From: an uncultured Planctomycetota bacterium
Lineage (GTDB): Bacteria; Planctomycetota; Planctomycetia; Isosphaerales; Isosphaeraceae
Assembly (NCBI GenBank): GCA_963823665.1
Contig: CAWGMQ010000005.1
Span: 96,001 to 160,000, forward strand
Direction: 5' to 3'
DNA: 64,000 nucleotides
The notes below the pieces were generated by a model. The model searched no databases, was not told where the DNA came from, and was given only the letters and a program-made list of their open reading frames with translations. Positions 9,546 through 20,210 of the stretch are shown in pieces; the first letter of the stretch is position 1; every line of letters begins with the position of its first letter. Position numbers and translations under genes: made by a program.

Positions 9546-10064
9546 ACTCCTTGCGTACTTGGTTGAGGTATGGCAACTGGAGCGGGATCTGGAAGCAGGC
9601 CGGGGCGACCCGAGCACGGCTGGGTTGCGCGACCGTCCGTCGGCGCTCCCCAAACCGCCGCCCGGGGCGGCACCTTGTGCCGCAGATAGCATCAATTCTC
9701 TTCGCTAATCGATTCCGCCGCTGGAACCCGGAAAGTCTCTTGAAATTTCCCAGTTGACGGCGTGTCGAATCCGTAAAGTCGTCGCATAATCTATGTCAGG
9801 CGGACCGCTGTGTCGCGATGCGCTGCGGCCTGGCAGGGCCGACTCGATGCGTCGCGTTCTGGAGGCGCACCCAACGCCCCGAAGGTTTTGTTGCCGAGGG
9901 ATGTGTTCCAGCGGGCTGGAAGTCCCTGGGTATTGACCTGCGCACCGTTGGGGCGGGGCATGGCGGGGGCGAGGCCGCCCGGAGTCGTCGGCCCTACGGT
10001 GACTGCACCAGGCCCTGAGGAGTGGGCCGGATTTGGGCTGCGGCTGGGTTGTCGGAGGCGAAAT

Positions 10065-10157
10065 GAGATTAACATTAAGATTCGGATCAGGATTAAGATT
10101 ATGATCAAAATTAACGGTAAAACTACGATCAGGATTGGGATCTGGAGGAAGATCAGG
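10065..10157 (+). repeat. Degenerate 6-bp periodic tract (AAGATT/AGGATC-like)
   Basis: gagatt aacatt aagatt cggatc aggatt aagatt atgatc aaaatt ... Confidence 0.7.
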
Positions 10158-10167
10158 GCGCGGCCGG

Positions 10168-10389
10168 TTTACACTAGTGTACGGATGCTGGAAGGCCCCC
10201 GTAATATTGCCACTTTTTGCCATTTTTTCGATGGGATCGACGATTGCTTCGGGTGCAGTGGCTGCTCTGCAAGTTCAATGGGCATAATCGAATGGGAACA
10301 GAGCGAAGGCGTTCTTCGGCAATGGCAAAACCACTTGGCACGTGCCACGAAAAATTGCCAAAACAAATCGATGGTCTTGTTCACTATGT
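10168..10389 (+). repeat. Three-block non-coding element, copy A
   Basis: Blocks at 10168-10230, 10334-10360 and 10378-10389 match the reverse complement of 35325-35544. Confidence 0.8.
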
Positions 10390-10593
10390 TTTTAACCCGT
10401 TTTTTCACGGCACTCGAGAGGGCATTCGCGCCGGCTGGGGCGCGCGGTCTTCCCTGGGCGCAAGCCCCCTCCGCCCTCTGCGGTGGCACCTTCCCCACGA
10501 GGGCGGATGAATCCCTTCGCAGAGCGAAGGGCGACAATGGGGTGGTTCGTGAGAGCCGCTTCAGCACGATCAATTTGGAACTGAATTCCGATT

Positions 10594-10704
10594 TTTCCTG
10601 CGTCACACTCAACTCGTTCTGGCATAACGGGTTCTGGCTTGTCCGAGCGCGCTCCAATTTCCTGCGTCACACCTAAGTCCAAGCCCTGCAAGGACGTGAC
10701 GCAG
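10594..10704. repeat. Two TTTCCTGCGTCACAC direct repeats, each followed by an 8-7-8 dyad
   Basis: Repeats at 10594 and 10658; AACTCGTT-N7-AACGGGTT at 10611-10633; AAGTCCAA-N7-AAGGACGT at 10675-10697. Confidence 0.6.
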
Positions 10705-10937
10705 TGACGAAGGCCTGGCCCACTTGTGTGCGCGGGCGGCGGGTTTTCAATGGTCTGACGGGGAGGGATGAGGCGAGGGTTCGTTCCCTTAAAGTGGCCC
10801 GTTGGCGCGCCCGAAGTCGGATTGTCGCTTCCGTCCAATCATGGTACACATCCAGCGCTCGAGCACCGGTGCCCACGCGAGAGCCCGGTGACGCATGGAG
10901 GCTCTCGGGTAATCCCCTCCGCGATATCCCCTCCCAC

Positions 10938-13190
10938 ATGACGAATTTCGTTCGCTTGGTCCAATTCGCGTGGCGCTATCGGGTCCGCTTCGGGCTGTCG
11001 ATCGGCTGCGCCGCCATGGTGGCCTTGCTGTTCTTCACCGAGCTAGGGGCCGTCTATCCCCTGTTGCACATTCTTTTTGACAGCCAAAATCCGAAGCGCT
11101 GGGTATCCGAAAAAATTGTCTCGATCGAGGATGAGATCGTCATTCTCGATGCACGCGCGGTGGAAGCCAATATTGCGTTTCAAGTTATGCATGGCGGCGA
11201 GCGCGTTCACGACTTGCTCAAGGAGCGTCTGGAAACGCTACGCAACGATCATAAATCGAAGGCGGATGTACTCGAAGCGCGTGAGCACCAGCTCGGTCTC
11301 ACGGAGATCAACGAGACGATCGGTGAGTCTCGGCGGCCCGAGATGGTCGAGCTCGATGGACTGCGCCACGCCGTGCGCCTGGCCGACTGGCGGCTCAAGG
11401 AGTTACGCGAATGCCGGCGGCTGCTGGATAGAGACGGCAGCGCCGGGCTTTCGCGCCGACTGCGCGACATTGCGCAGGAGAAGGCCGATCGAGCCCGAGT
11501 GCTCGCGCGGTTACCAGCGTCGCTCAGCCGTACATCAATCGCTATCTGCCCGACGAGCCCTACACGAGTTTGCTGCTCTTGATGGGGCTTGTGATGGTTG
11601 GCGTGGCCTTCAAGGGCTTCTTCATGTTTCTGCAGGAGACGCTCGTCGCATCGGTCATGCAGCTCACGCTTTTTGACATCCGCAACGTGTTCTTTCGGCG
11701 CACGATCAACCTGGATCTTGCGAGCTTTTCGGACCAGGGCTCTTCGGAGCTGATGACCCGCTTCACGAATGACATGGACTCATTCGGTCAGGGGCTCAAT
11801 ACCTTGATGAGCAAGGTGATCCGGGAACCGCTTCGATTCGCAAGCTGTTTGGGCGGAGCACTTTGGTTCAACTGGCGGCTCACGTGCTTGACCCTGATTC
11901 TGGTGCCGATCTCTGGAGCTACGACCTACCGCGTGGGCAGGATCATGAAGCGGGCGGTGAGGCGGTCGCTCGAGAGTATGTCGACGATCTACAAGATCCT
12001 CCAGGAGAGCTTCCAGGGCATCAAGGTGATCAAGGCGTTCTGCACCGAGCGGGTCGAGCGCAGGCGGTTCTTCGGCGAGACCAAGAACCTGTACAAGAAG
12101 AGCGTGCGAGTGGCGATGATCGACGCGATGAGCGACCCGGTTCTCGAGATGCTGACGCTGCTCGACGGTGGTCATCGCTCTGCTGGCTGGCTCGTATCTG
12201 GTCCTCAACCACACGATCTACCTTGAATCTCGGATTGTTCCGGCTTGCAGCTTGCCGCCGAGCCGATGGCGATCCAGGACTTGCTCACGCTTTACACCAT
12301 GCTGGCGGCGGCGGCCGACCCGATTCGAAAGCTGGCGAACGTGCACTCGAAGATCCAGCGGGCTGCGGCGGCGGCGGACCGGATCTGTGCGCTGATGGAC
12401 CGGCGGCCCAAGGTTGCGGAAAACAAGCGCGGACCGCGGCTGCCGCGGCATCGGCATAGCATCGAGATTGACGAACGTGACCTTCGGCTACCGGAACGCA
12501 GTGCCCGTCGTGTCTGGTATCAACCTTACCGTCCGGCACGGGGAAACGATCGCGCTGGTGGGCCCCAACGGCTGCGGCAAGACCACCCTCATGAACCTTG
12601 TGCCGCGGTTCTGGGACGTCGACTCGGGGGCCATTCGAATCGACGGCCACGACATCCGGGACATCCAGCTCCGGAGTCTGCGCACCCAGATCGGCATGGT
12701 GATTCAGGAAACGATCCTGTTTCAGGACACGATCGCCAACAACATCGCGTACGGTTTCACGCATGCCAGCCGAGCCGACGTCGAGCGGGCGGCCGAGCGG
12801 GCTTACGCCCACCAGTTCATCACGGCGCTGCCGCGGGGATACGACACGTTGATCGGCGAACGCGGCTACGGACTCTCCGGGGGTCAGCGGCAGCGAATCG
12901 CGCTGGCGCGGGCCATGCTGCGCGATCCGGCCATCCTGATTCTCGACGAGGCGACGAGCGCCGTTGATATTCAGGACGAGGTGCTGATTCGCAAAGCGAT
13001 CGAGGAATTCACCAAAGGCCGCACGACGTTTCTGATCTCCCACAGCCTGGCGTCGATCCAGGTTGCGGATCGCATCGTGCTGCTGGACGGTGGCCGGATC
13101 GAGGCGATCGGCACCGACATCGAGCTCAAGCGCACATCGGCCCTCTATCGCCGACTGCACGAAATTCACTACCACCGCGAGACGGCGTGA
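10938..13190 (+). CDS. ABC exporter, fused permease/ATPase (MsbA-like); several frameshifts
   Basis: TM domain across frames; GPNGCGKT, LSGGQRQRIALARA, ILILDEATS, ISH. Confidence 0.9.
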
Positions 13191-13248
13191 ATCAGGCCTG
13201 GTTCAAACGTAGCGAGAGTAGGGTCACACCCGCGATGTTTCACCGCAC

Positions 13249-13311
13249 GTAGGGTGGGTGCAACCCACCACCCCATATCGTATTACGACCGGTGGGTTGC
13301 ACCCAGCCAAC
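13249..13311. repeat. GTAG-type REP inverted pair (REPIN-like)
   Basis: GTAGGGTGGGTGCAACCCACC ... GGTGGGTTGCACCCAGCCAAC. Confidence 0.75.
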
Positions 13312-13635
13312 GTACTGGCGCCCATCAACGGTGTTACCTTAGCGTCGCTTCCGTTGAACCACGCCCCGGCGACCCCTTGCTTTTGAGAGTCACGGAGGGA
13401 GAAAATTGTAAGAGTGCATTGTTCTGGCGCGGCAGGTTGGCGTCACATCGCCCGTTCTTCCCCGTATGAGTTAGGTGGTTGGAATCACGCCGCCTTGCAC
13501 GCAATCGTCTGCGCGACCGGGGATGCAGGACTTCAAAGAGGGCGGCGTGCGGGGCAAGCGGCACCGCGACAGGACGTTGAGAAGCTCGGCCGGGCTTTCG
13601 CGTAGATGGCTGATCGCGAACTCTGGATCTAAGGA

Positions 13636-15307
13636 ATGATTTCCATGGAAACACGGCAGGCGCGATTCGCTCCGGCGAGTGGCGGTGCGATCAAGTGGGT
13701 CGCGGTTGGGTATGCGGTTGTCGTCGCGGCTGCTCTTTCGAGCGGCATGCTGGCGCGTGGTGGTGACGACTCGACGAAAACGAGCCGCAAGGAGATTGGG
13801 TCGAATTCCGCTTTCATCGACAAGTTGATCGAGGACGGATGGAAGAAGGCGGGAGTGAAGCCGGGGAAGGTGGCCTCGGACGAAGAATTCATGCGCCGCG
13901 TGTACGTTGACATGCTGGGCCGAATTCCGAACGTGCAAGAGGCCCGGGCGTTTCTGGGGACGAAGGAATCGGGCAAGCGGGCGAAGCTGATCGAGTATCT
14001 CCTCGAGCATCCCGACTTCGGCAACAATTTCGCGACTCAGTGGACGATCTTGCTGATCGGTCGCGGCAATCAGGGCATGATGGTTGACCGGGGAGCACTG
14101 TCGAGCTGGCTGCGAAAGCAGTTTGCTACTGATCGGCCGTGGAACGAGGTGGTGCGGGAGCTGGTGTCGGCGAAGGGATCGAACAAGGAGAACGGGGCGG
14201 TCAATTACGTCCTGGCCCATCTCGAGTTTGATGCTGTGCCGCTCACGTCGCGAACGACCCGGCTATTTCTCGGGCAGCAGGTCCAATGCACGCAGTGCCA
14301 TGACCACCCGTCGAACGACTGGAAACAAGGCGATTTTTGGGGGATCAACGCGTTCTTCAAGGGGATCAAAGCGGAGCGCGTGACGGCCCCCAGCGCAACT
14401 GGCCAGGAGGCGTATGACCACACCGACGTGAGCGACATGCCCACGGATACCTACGCGCGGTTTGACCGCCGCGACGGGATGGTGGGAATTGCGTTCCCGC
14501 GGTTCCTGGATGGTCGCAAGATCAGTCAGGGGGAGGATGTCGATCGCCGTGTCGAGCTCGCAAAACTGATCGCCGACCCGGATAACCAGGCGATGGCCAA
14601 GGCCTTCGTCAACCGAACGTGGGCCCACTTCCTCGGGCGAGGCTTCGTGGAGCCGGTTGATGACTTCGGACCTCACAATCCCCCGAGTAATCCGGAGCTG
14701 CTGGACCAGATCGCGAAGGAGTTCAAGGAGAGCGGGTACAGCCTCAAGAAGCTGTGCCGATGGATCACGAACTCGCGCCCGTATCAGCTCAGCTAGCGTG
14801 AAAGTTCGCCCTTCGGACAAAGAGGAGGGTCTTTTCTGCCAGATGCAGACCAAGCCCATGACCCCCGAGCAGTTCTTCGATTCGCTGGTCACGGCGACGA
14901 GGGCTCATCGGTCCGGCGTCGGCGGTGCCGAGGAGAACAAGAAGCGCGATGCTTGGCTCAGACAGTTCCTCTTCACGTTCGCCAACGACGAAGCCGAGGA
15001 GTCGACGAATTTCCAGGGCACGATCCCGCAGGCGCTCATGATGATGAACGGCCAAATGATGCAAGAAGCCCTTTCCGGTAAGCCGGGGAGCTTCCTCGGA
15101 GAGATATGTGAACAGGCTGGAAACTCGAGATCTCCTGCGGCATTCATGGTTGATTCGATCTATCTGGCGGCGCTCAGCCGGCATCCGAATGGCAAGGAGG
15201 TCACACAGGCGAAGGAGTACTTCGACTCGTACCCGGATAGTCTTCAGATCTTGCAGGATTTGTTCTGGGCACTGCTGAACTCGAATGAGTTTGTCCTGGT
15301 TCATTGA
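13636..15307 (+). CDS. DUF1549/DUF1553 protein (frameshift near 14790)
   Basis: DEEFMRRVYVDMLGRIP, CTQCHDHP, VNRTWAHFLGRGFVEPVDD, DLFWALLNSNEF. Confidence 0.9.
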
Positions 15308-15392
15308 AGTTTCACCCGGCATGCCGGCCGGCACATCGCGACTTTGCGAGGTGCGTGGGCCGCGCAAGCACCTTGGGCAAAGAGGGGATCCC

Positions 15393-16680
15393 ATGTCAGA
15401 GACTTCGCGATTTCTTGGCGGGATGACGCGGCGGCACTGGATGGGGCATCTTGCTTCCACGGCGCTGGGGATTCCGGCGATCCAGTTCTTCTCGTCGCTT
15501 GACGCCTCGGCCCAGCAGCTTCGCAAGACCAACCGGAGCTGCATCGTGCTCTGGATGGGGGGAGGCCCGAGCCATCTCGACATCTGGGACTTGAAGCCCG
15601 ACAGCGAGAAGAACGCCGGCGAGTTCAGACCGATTGACACCTCGGCGCCGGGCGTGAAGATCACGCAGCACCTGCCCAAGGTCGCCAAGCAGATGCATCA
15701 CCTGAACATCATTCGATCGCTGGATTCCAAGGAAGGCAACCACGACCGCGGCACGTACATGATGCACACCGGGATACACGCCCAACCCGACGGTTGTGCA
15801 CCCGGGCTTCGGATCATACTGCGCGGTCGAGCTGGGCGAGAAGCTGCAGAACTTCGACCTCCCGCACTGCGTTGCGATCAATTCGCCCAGCGTGGCTGCG
15901 GGGTTCCTGGGAATGTCGTACGCTCCGTTCGTCGTGCAAAACCCGAACGCGCCGATCGCCAATCTCAAGCCCGCGGCCGACGTCAACGATCTGAGGATGC
16001 GGCGGCGGCTGCATATGCTGGCGGGCGTGGAGAGGCAATTTGCGGTGACGCGTGCCAGCCAGTCGGCCGTCGATCACAAGGCGGTGTACGAGAAGACTCT
16101 TCGCATGATGACTTCGCAGCATCAAGACAGCTTCAACCTTGAGCGGGAGCCGGCCGATGTGCGCGACAAGTACGGGCGCGGCTCATTTGGCTCGGGCTGT
16201 CTCATGGCCCGGCGGCTGGTCGAGCGCGGTGTGACGTACGTGGAGGTTTCGCTGGACGGCTGGGACACGCACGCCAATAACTTCACGACGCTCTCGAATC
16301 GGCTCCTCCCCGAACTGGACAAGGGGATGTCGTCCCTCGTCGCTGACCTGGCCGAGCGCCGGCTGCTCGACACCACGACAATCGTCTGGATGGGTGAATT
16401 TGGCCGCACTCCCCGGATCAATCAGAACGCCGGCCGCGATCACTGGCCGCGGAGCTGGTCGGTTGTCGTGGGTGGCGGCGGCATGAAGGGGGGTCAAGTT
16501 GTCGGCGCGACCGACAAAGACGGAATCGAGGTCGTCGACCGTCCGGTCGGGGTGATGGACTTGATCGCCACCATGACGAAGGGCATGGGAATCAACGTCG
16601 CCACTCAGTTCACGACCCCGCGCGGCCGGCCGATCAAGATCGTAGACGGCGGCAAGCCGATCCAGGAGCTGTTTGGTTGA
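15393..16680 (+). CDS. DUF1501 family protein (frameshift near 15775)
   Basis: MTRRHW Tat-like motif, WMGGGPSHLDIWDLKP, GWDTH, MGEFGRTP, GRDHW. Confidence 0.9.
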
Positions 16681-16966
16681 CTCTGACCATGCTGACGCTC
16701 GGGCCCGGCGCGACAGGCTTGGGCCCGTGCCGGATCATCAGCTTCCAGACCGCGGCCAGAAACAGCAGCGCCACAACGATGGCCGCGGCCCAGAGCATCG
16801 CGCGCACGACACCCGACATGGGAGACGCGGGTGTCTCTCGCAGGTAAACCGGGAAGGGCTTCGTCGACCGCCCTCGCACCTCAGGTTCGGCTTTGGCGAA
16901 GACCTCATGGGATCGCGACTTGATCGAGATTTCCTGCTCGTGCAGGTTGCGTGATTCAGAAGGCAT
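16634..16966 (-). CDS. Small hypothetical protein with one TM helix
   Basis: ATG ORF, AMLWAAAIVVALLFLAAVW; short convergent overlap with DUF1501 end. Confidence 0.6.
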   Translation of the reverse strand: MPSESRNLHEQEISIKSRSHEVFAKAEPEVRGRSTKPFPVYLRETPASPMSGVVRAMLWAAAIVVALLFLAAVWKLMIRHGPKPVAPGPSVSMVRVNQTAPGSACRRLRS

Positions 16967-17146
16967 GGCACAGTGCCTACAGCGGCGCGGAACTAGAGGC
17001 GGCCTGGATTCTGACGCTCGAAAGGCATCAAATCGACTTCTAAGCCTAGCACGCCGGGCTCACGATTGGGAGAGCGGATTGGCGCGATCCGGCTCCTCCG
17101 TGGTAGGGTTGATACCGAAATCCGGAAGTTAATGCCGACCTGTTCC

Positions 17147-17950
17147 TCAGACGCGTGCTCGGAAGAACCAGTCCCAGCTCGGCGGAAATGCGGCGAGAAC
17201 CCCGCCGCTGGCGAGGTTCTCATCCCAAGGATAGAGCACTTTTTTGAGCACGGGCGCGGAAAACCCGGCCTTTTTCAAACGGTACTCGATCTCGAACGGC
17301 TGCCAGAACTTCTGTCTCAGGCCTTCGAATTGAAACCTTCCGAAAGCGAAGTCGTACTGTCGGCGCTCGACGTGGAGGGCGGCCAGCTTTTCCGCCTCGA
17401 CGAGCGGAAAGCCCTGGTCGAGAGAGCGGTCGATCAAGAGCATCATGTGGTAATAGATGGCGTCGATCGACGGGACAACCCCCATGAAGAGCCCGTCCGA
17501 CTTCAAGCTTTTGCGAATCGCGCACAGCGTGCGGTCAATCAGCCGCACGTCAGGCATGACCAGGGAATTGACGGCGACAGCAACGTCGATCTTGCCCGCA
17601 AGATCGTCGAGCTCGTGCATCGCCCGCTCGAGAAAAGTGACCCTGGCCAGTGTATCGCTCTCGAGCCGGCTTCGCGCGCGCCGGAGCATATCGGGGGCGA
17701 AGTCAAGCGCGACCACGGATTGGAACTGGTCCGCGAGGTGAGGGAGCAGGGTGCCAGTGCCGCAGCCGAGATCAGCCGCGGTCTTGCGCTTGGCGGCTGG
17801 GATTTCCGCCAGCTCTTCCCAGAGTGGGTTGACGACGTCGGGCCCGTACGGGTCGAGAAAGATCTCGTCGTAACGCGCTTCCTGGCGGTTCCAGTGCTCG
17901 GCCTGCTTTTGGATGGGTTCTTTGGCCAAGGGACAGTCGAAGCTCCCCAT
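17147..17950 (-). CDS. Class I SAM-dependent methyltransferase
   Basis: ADLGCGTG, VALDFAPDML. Confidence 0.9.
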   Translation of the reverse strand: MGSFDCPLAKEPIQKQAEHWNRQEARYDEIFLDPYGPDVVNPLWEELAEIPAAKRKTAADLGCGTGTLLPHLADQFQSVVALDFAPDMLRRARSRLESDTLARVTFLERAMHELDDLAGKIDVAVAVNSLVMPDVRLIDRTLCAIRKSLKSDGLFMGVVPSIDAIYYHMMLLIDRSLDQGFPLVEAEKLAALHVERRQYDFAFGRFQFEGLRQKFWQPFEIEYRLKKAGFSAPVLKKVLYPWDENLASGGVLAAFPPSWDWFFRARV

Positions 17951-18025
17951 GCTCGGAACGGTGTTCGTCGCGTGCCGACTTTCGCTTCTGGCAATCGCGG
18001 ATTCACGGTACCATCGTAGTACAGT

Positions 18026-18568
18026 TCAATCTTTTTTTGCCGGCTCCGAAACCCCGGTGACCGGACTCACCCGCACGATGTCAATCCTCGCACTTCGTGA
18101 CGCGCCCATGACATCGCGGCGATACCATTCCGGGTAGCCGAGCTCGGGGTTTGGCTTGAATTTCATCACAATCGTGGTGCCCTTGGGTTCGTCGAACGGG
18201 CGGTCTTGCTTGAGCTGGGCCAGCTCGTCGGCAATCGTGGTGAAGATCCCATCGACGCTGTAATATCGGGGCGCAGCAATCCGAAGCTCGGTTCGCTCGC
18301 CTTGAGGCCCGATTCCTTCAACTTTCTTCACAGCGCCGTCGCGCACGGTCACGAAGAAGTGGCCGTGAGCCGGTGCGGTGGTGTACTCGAGGTCGTAGTC
18401 GCGAATTCCAGCCTTGGACCAGATTTGCCGGGCCGCAACGATCTTCTCAGCCGTGACATTTTCGCCCCCGGAGCAGCCTGTCCCGAAGCATGCCGTAAGG
18501 ACGCCGAGGAGGAACAGCACCGTAGACCGGAGCAGTCGCTCACGTAAGCTATGTCTCATGATGAACAT
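18026..18568 (-). CDS. Lipoprotein, DUF6174-like
   Basis: Lipobox-like GTGC; WSKAGIRDYDL...VTVRDG...SVDGIF...PELGYP. Confidence 0.7.
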   Translation of the reverse strand: MFIMRHSLRERLLRSTVLFLLGVLTACFGTGCSGGENVTAEKIVAARQIWSKAGIRDYDLEYTTAPAHGHFFVTVRDGAVKKVEGIGPQGERTELRIAAPRYYSVDGIFTTIADELAQLKQDRPFDEPKGTTIVMKFKPNPELGYPEWYRRDVMGASRSARIDIVRVSPVTGVSEPAKKD

Positions 18569-18887
18569 TGCTCGCAGAAAATGCTTGCTCGGCGCGTCTT
18601 GCGGATGATGCGCCCGCGTATGCGTGCCGCTTTCCCCGCAGGATCGTCGATGAACGAGCCCCGACCGACCTGTGCGCTTCTCCAGAATGCCAGGAGAACA
18701 ACGAATTCGCCAGCCCGTCGTCTGCAGTTGTTGTTCGAGGTAAGAGTCGGTACTTTGAAGAGAGCGCCTCCGACGATCGGGTTCGGGGCGGAACTTACTT
18801 CGCAGTTGCGGCCCGATTGAACTTCCGTCCGCGGCAACCAGGACCGACGCTCCGCCCGCTCATCGCCTACCAACCAGGACTCACTTC

Positions 18888-19388
18888 ATGTTGCGCCCCC
18901 GTCGCTACGCCCTCGCATTGGCCTTTACCACGCCCCTGCTCGCCCTTTCCGCCGGTTGCGGCGAGGAGCCCTCAAACAAGCCGAGGGTCGAGGCTCGTGA
19001 CACGCTCCACAAGACCACCCAGAATGTCTACGAGCTGAAGGCCGAGCTTGCCAAGGGCGCCATACTCGCCGACACCGAGATCCAGGTTGCCGATCCCCTT
19101 ACACAGGCCGCCGATGCCTACCGCACCACGGTGGCCAAAGGCGGCAAGATGAGGGTCCAGATGGACATGGCGATGTACGAGGCGACCAACGGCGAAAAGC
19201 CGAAAACGTACGAAGAGTTCATGGAAAAGATCATCAAGAAGGGCAATGCCGACGGCATCCAGCTCCCGATGCTCCCCTATTACCAGGAATACGCGTACGA
19301 CGTCGATAAGAAGGAGCTCGTCGTCATCGAGTACCCCGCGAAAAAGAAGGCGATGCAGGAGCAGAGCGACAAGGACCACGGCCGTTAG
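18888..19388 (+). CDS. Hypothetical lipoprotein
   Basis: LSAGC lipobox, CAGGA RBS, strongly biased GC3 codon usage. Confidence 0.8.
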   Translation: MLRPRRYALALAFTTPLLALSAGCGEEPSNKPRVEARDTLHKTTQNVYELKAELAKGAILADTEIQVADPLTQAADAYRTTVAKGGKMRVQMDMAMYEATNGEKPKTYEEFMEKIIKKGNADGIQLPMLPYYQEYAYDVDKKELVVIEYPAKKKAMQEQSDKDHGR

Positions 19389-19417
19389 TCAGGCGACCGA
19401 GGCGCTCGCAGTGGCCG

Positions 19418-20098
19418 TCAGCGATCGTCCGGCTCGAGAGCCATGATCACGTCCGACCGGCCGAGCGCCAGTCCGTTGAGCTTGGGCAGGGCAACCAGAT
19501 CAAAGCCATTGCTGATGTCAAACGCCCAGGTCGCCACGGCCGCCCGCATTCGTGTGCGCCAGGGAAGCTGCTTCCAGACGCTCCTTGCCAGAGCGTCGAT
19601 GGGCGTACTTGACTGCACGATGACCCGGCGCCTTTGCTTGATCGCCGATACGATCCCCTTCAATTGTGGGCTGGTGTCGGGCGAGGCCCCGGATCGAATG
19701 GCGGGCCACGCCTTCAGCCGGCCGGCCGGAAGGGCTCGGTTCTGGTCTTCCGCCTGCCAGTCGTGGCGAAGCTCGTGCTTGAGTCGAAACGGGTCACCAC
19801 CCATCCAGTGATAGGCAAACCGCCCCACGAATAGTGCGTGAAACGCGAGCGCACCTGGCCGGCCGCGGTCATCGCAGCCTTGTGAATGGACTCCGGCCAC
19901 GAGCCATGGCCCACTGTGTAGCCGCAACGCGAAGAGGCCATCGACGTGCGGGGTTCCCGCCGGCGGCTCGCCGAACCGCTGACAGACTGCGCGTAGCTCG
20001 GCCAGCCACTCGGGCCGGCATCCCGTTGAATGCGCGAGCACACCGTAGCCACGGTTCCAGAACGGGAAGCTGCCGTACACCGCCTGCTCGAATCGCAC
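19418..20098 (-). CDS. GAP1-N2-like (GTPase-associated protein 1 N-terminal type) protein
   Basis: EQAVYGS...GYGVLAHS...GCDDRGRPGALAFHAL pattern; directly downstream of a GTPase gene. Confidence 0.6.
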   Translation of the reverse strand: MRFEQAVYGSFPFWNRGYGVLAHSTGCRPEWLAELRAVCQRFGEPPAGTPHVDGLFALRLHSGPWLVAGVHSQGCDDRGRPGALAFHALFVGRFAYHWMGGDPFRLKHELRHDWQAEDQNRALPAGRLKAWPAIRSGASPDTSPQLKGIVSAIKQRRRVIVQSSTPIDALARSVWKQLPWRTRMRAAVATWAFDISNGFDLVALPKLNGLALGRSDVIMALEPDDR

Positions 20099-20210
20099 GG
20101 ATAGACCGCCCTCAAGCAGTCGATCGCCGTCGGCCCGAGCGAGCCCGCGGTCGATAACCAGGGGCCGCGAGCTTCCGGCACTTTCGCCAATATATCCCGT
20201 GGCGCTTCCG

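Noticed and set aside
9810..10676. 288-aa ORF over the non-coding element region
   Set aside because: No recognisable motifs; crosses the hexamer tract and repeats; composition unlike neighbouring genes
14780..14800. Programmed frameshift or TAG read-through in DUF1549/1553
   Set aside because: Downstream homology is in a different frame and there is no slippery site; a single-base insertion error explains it
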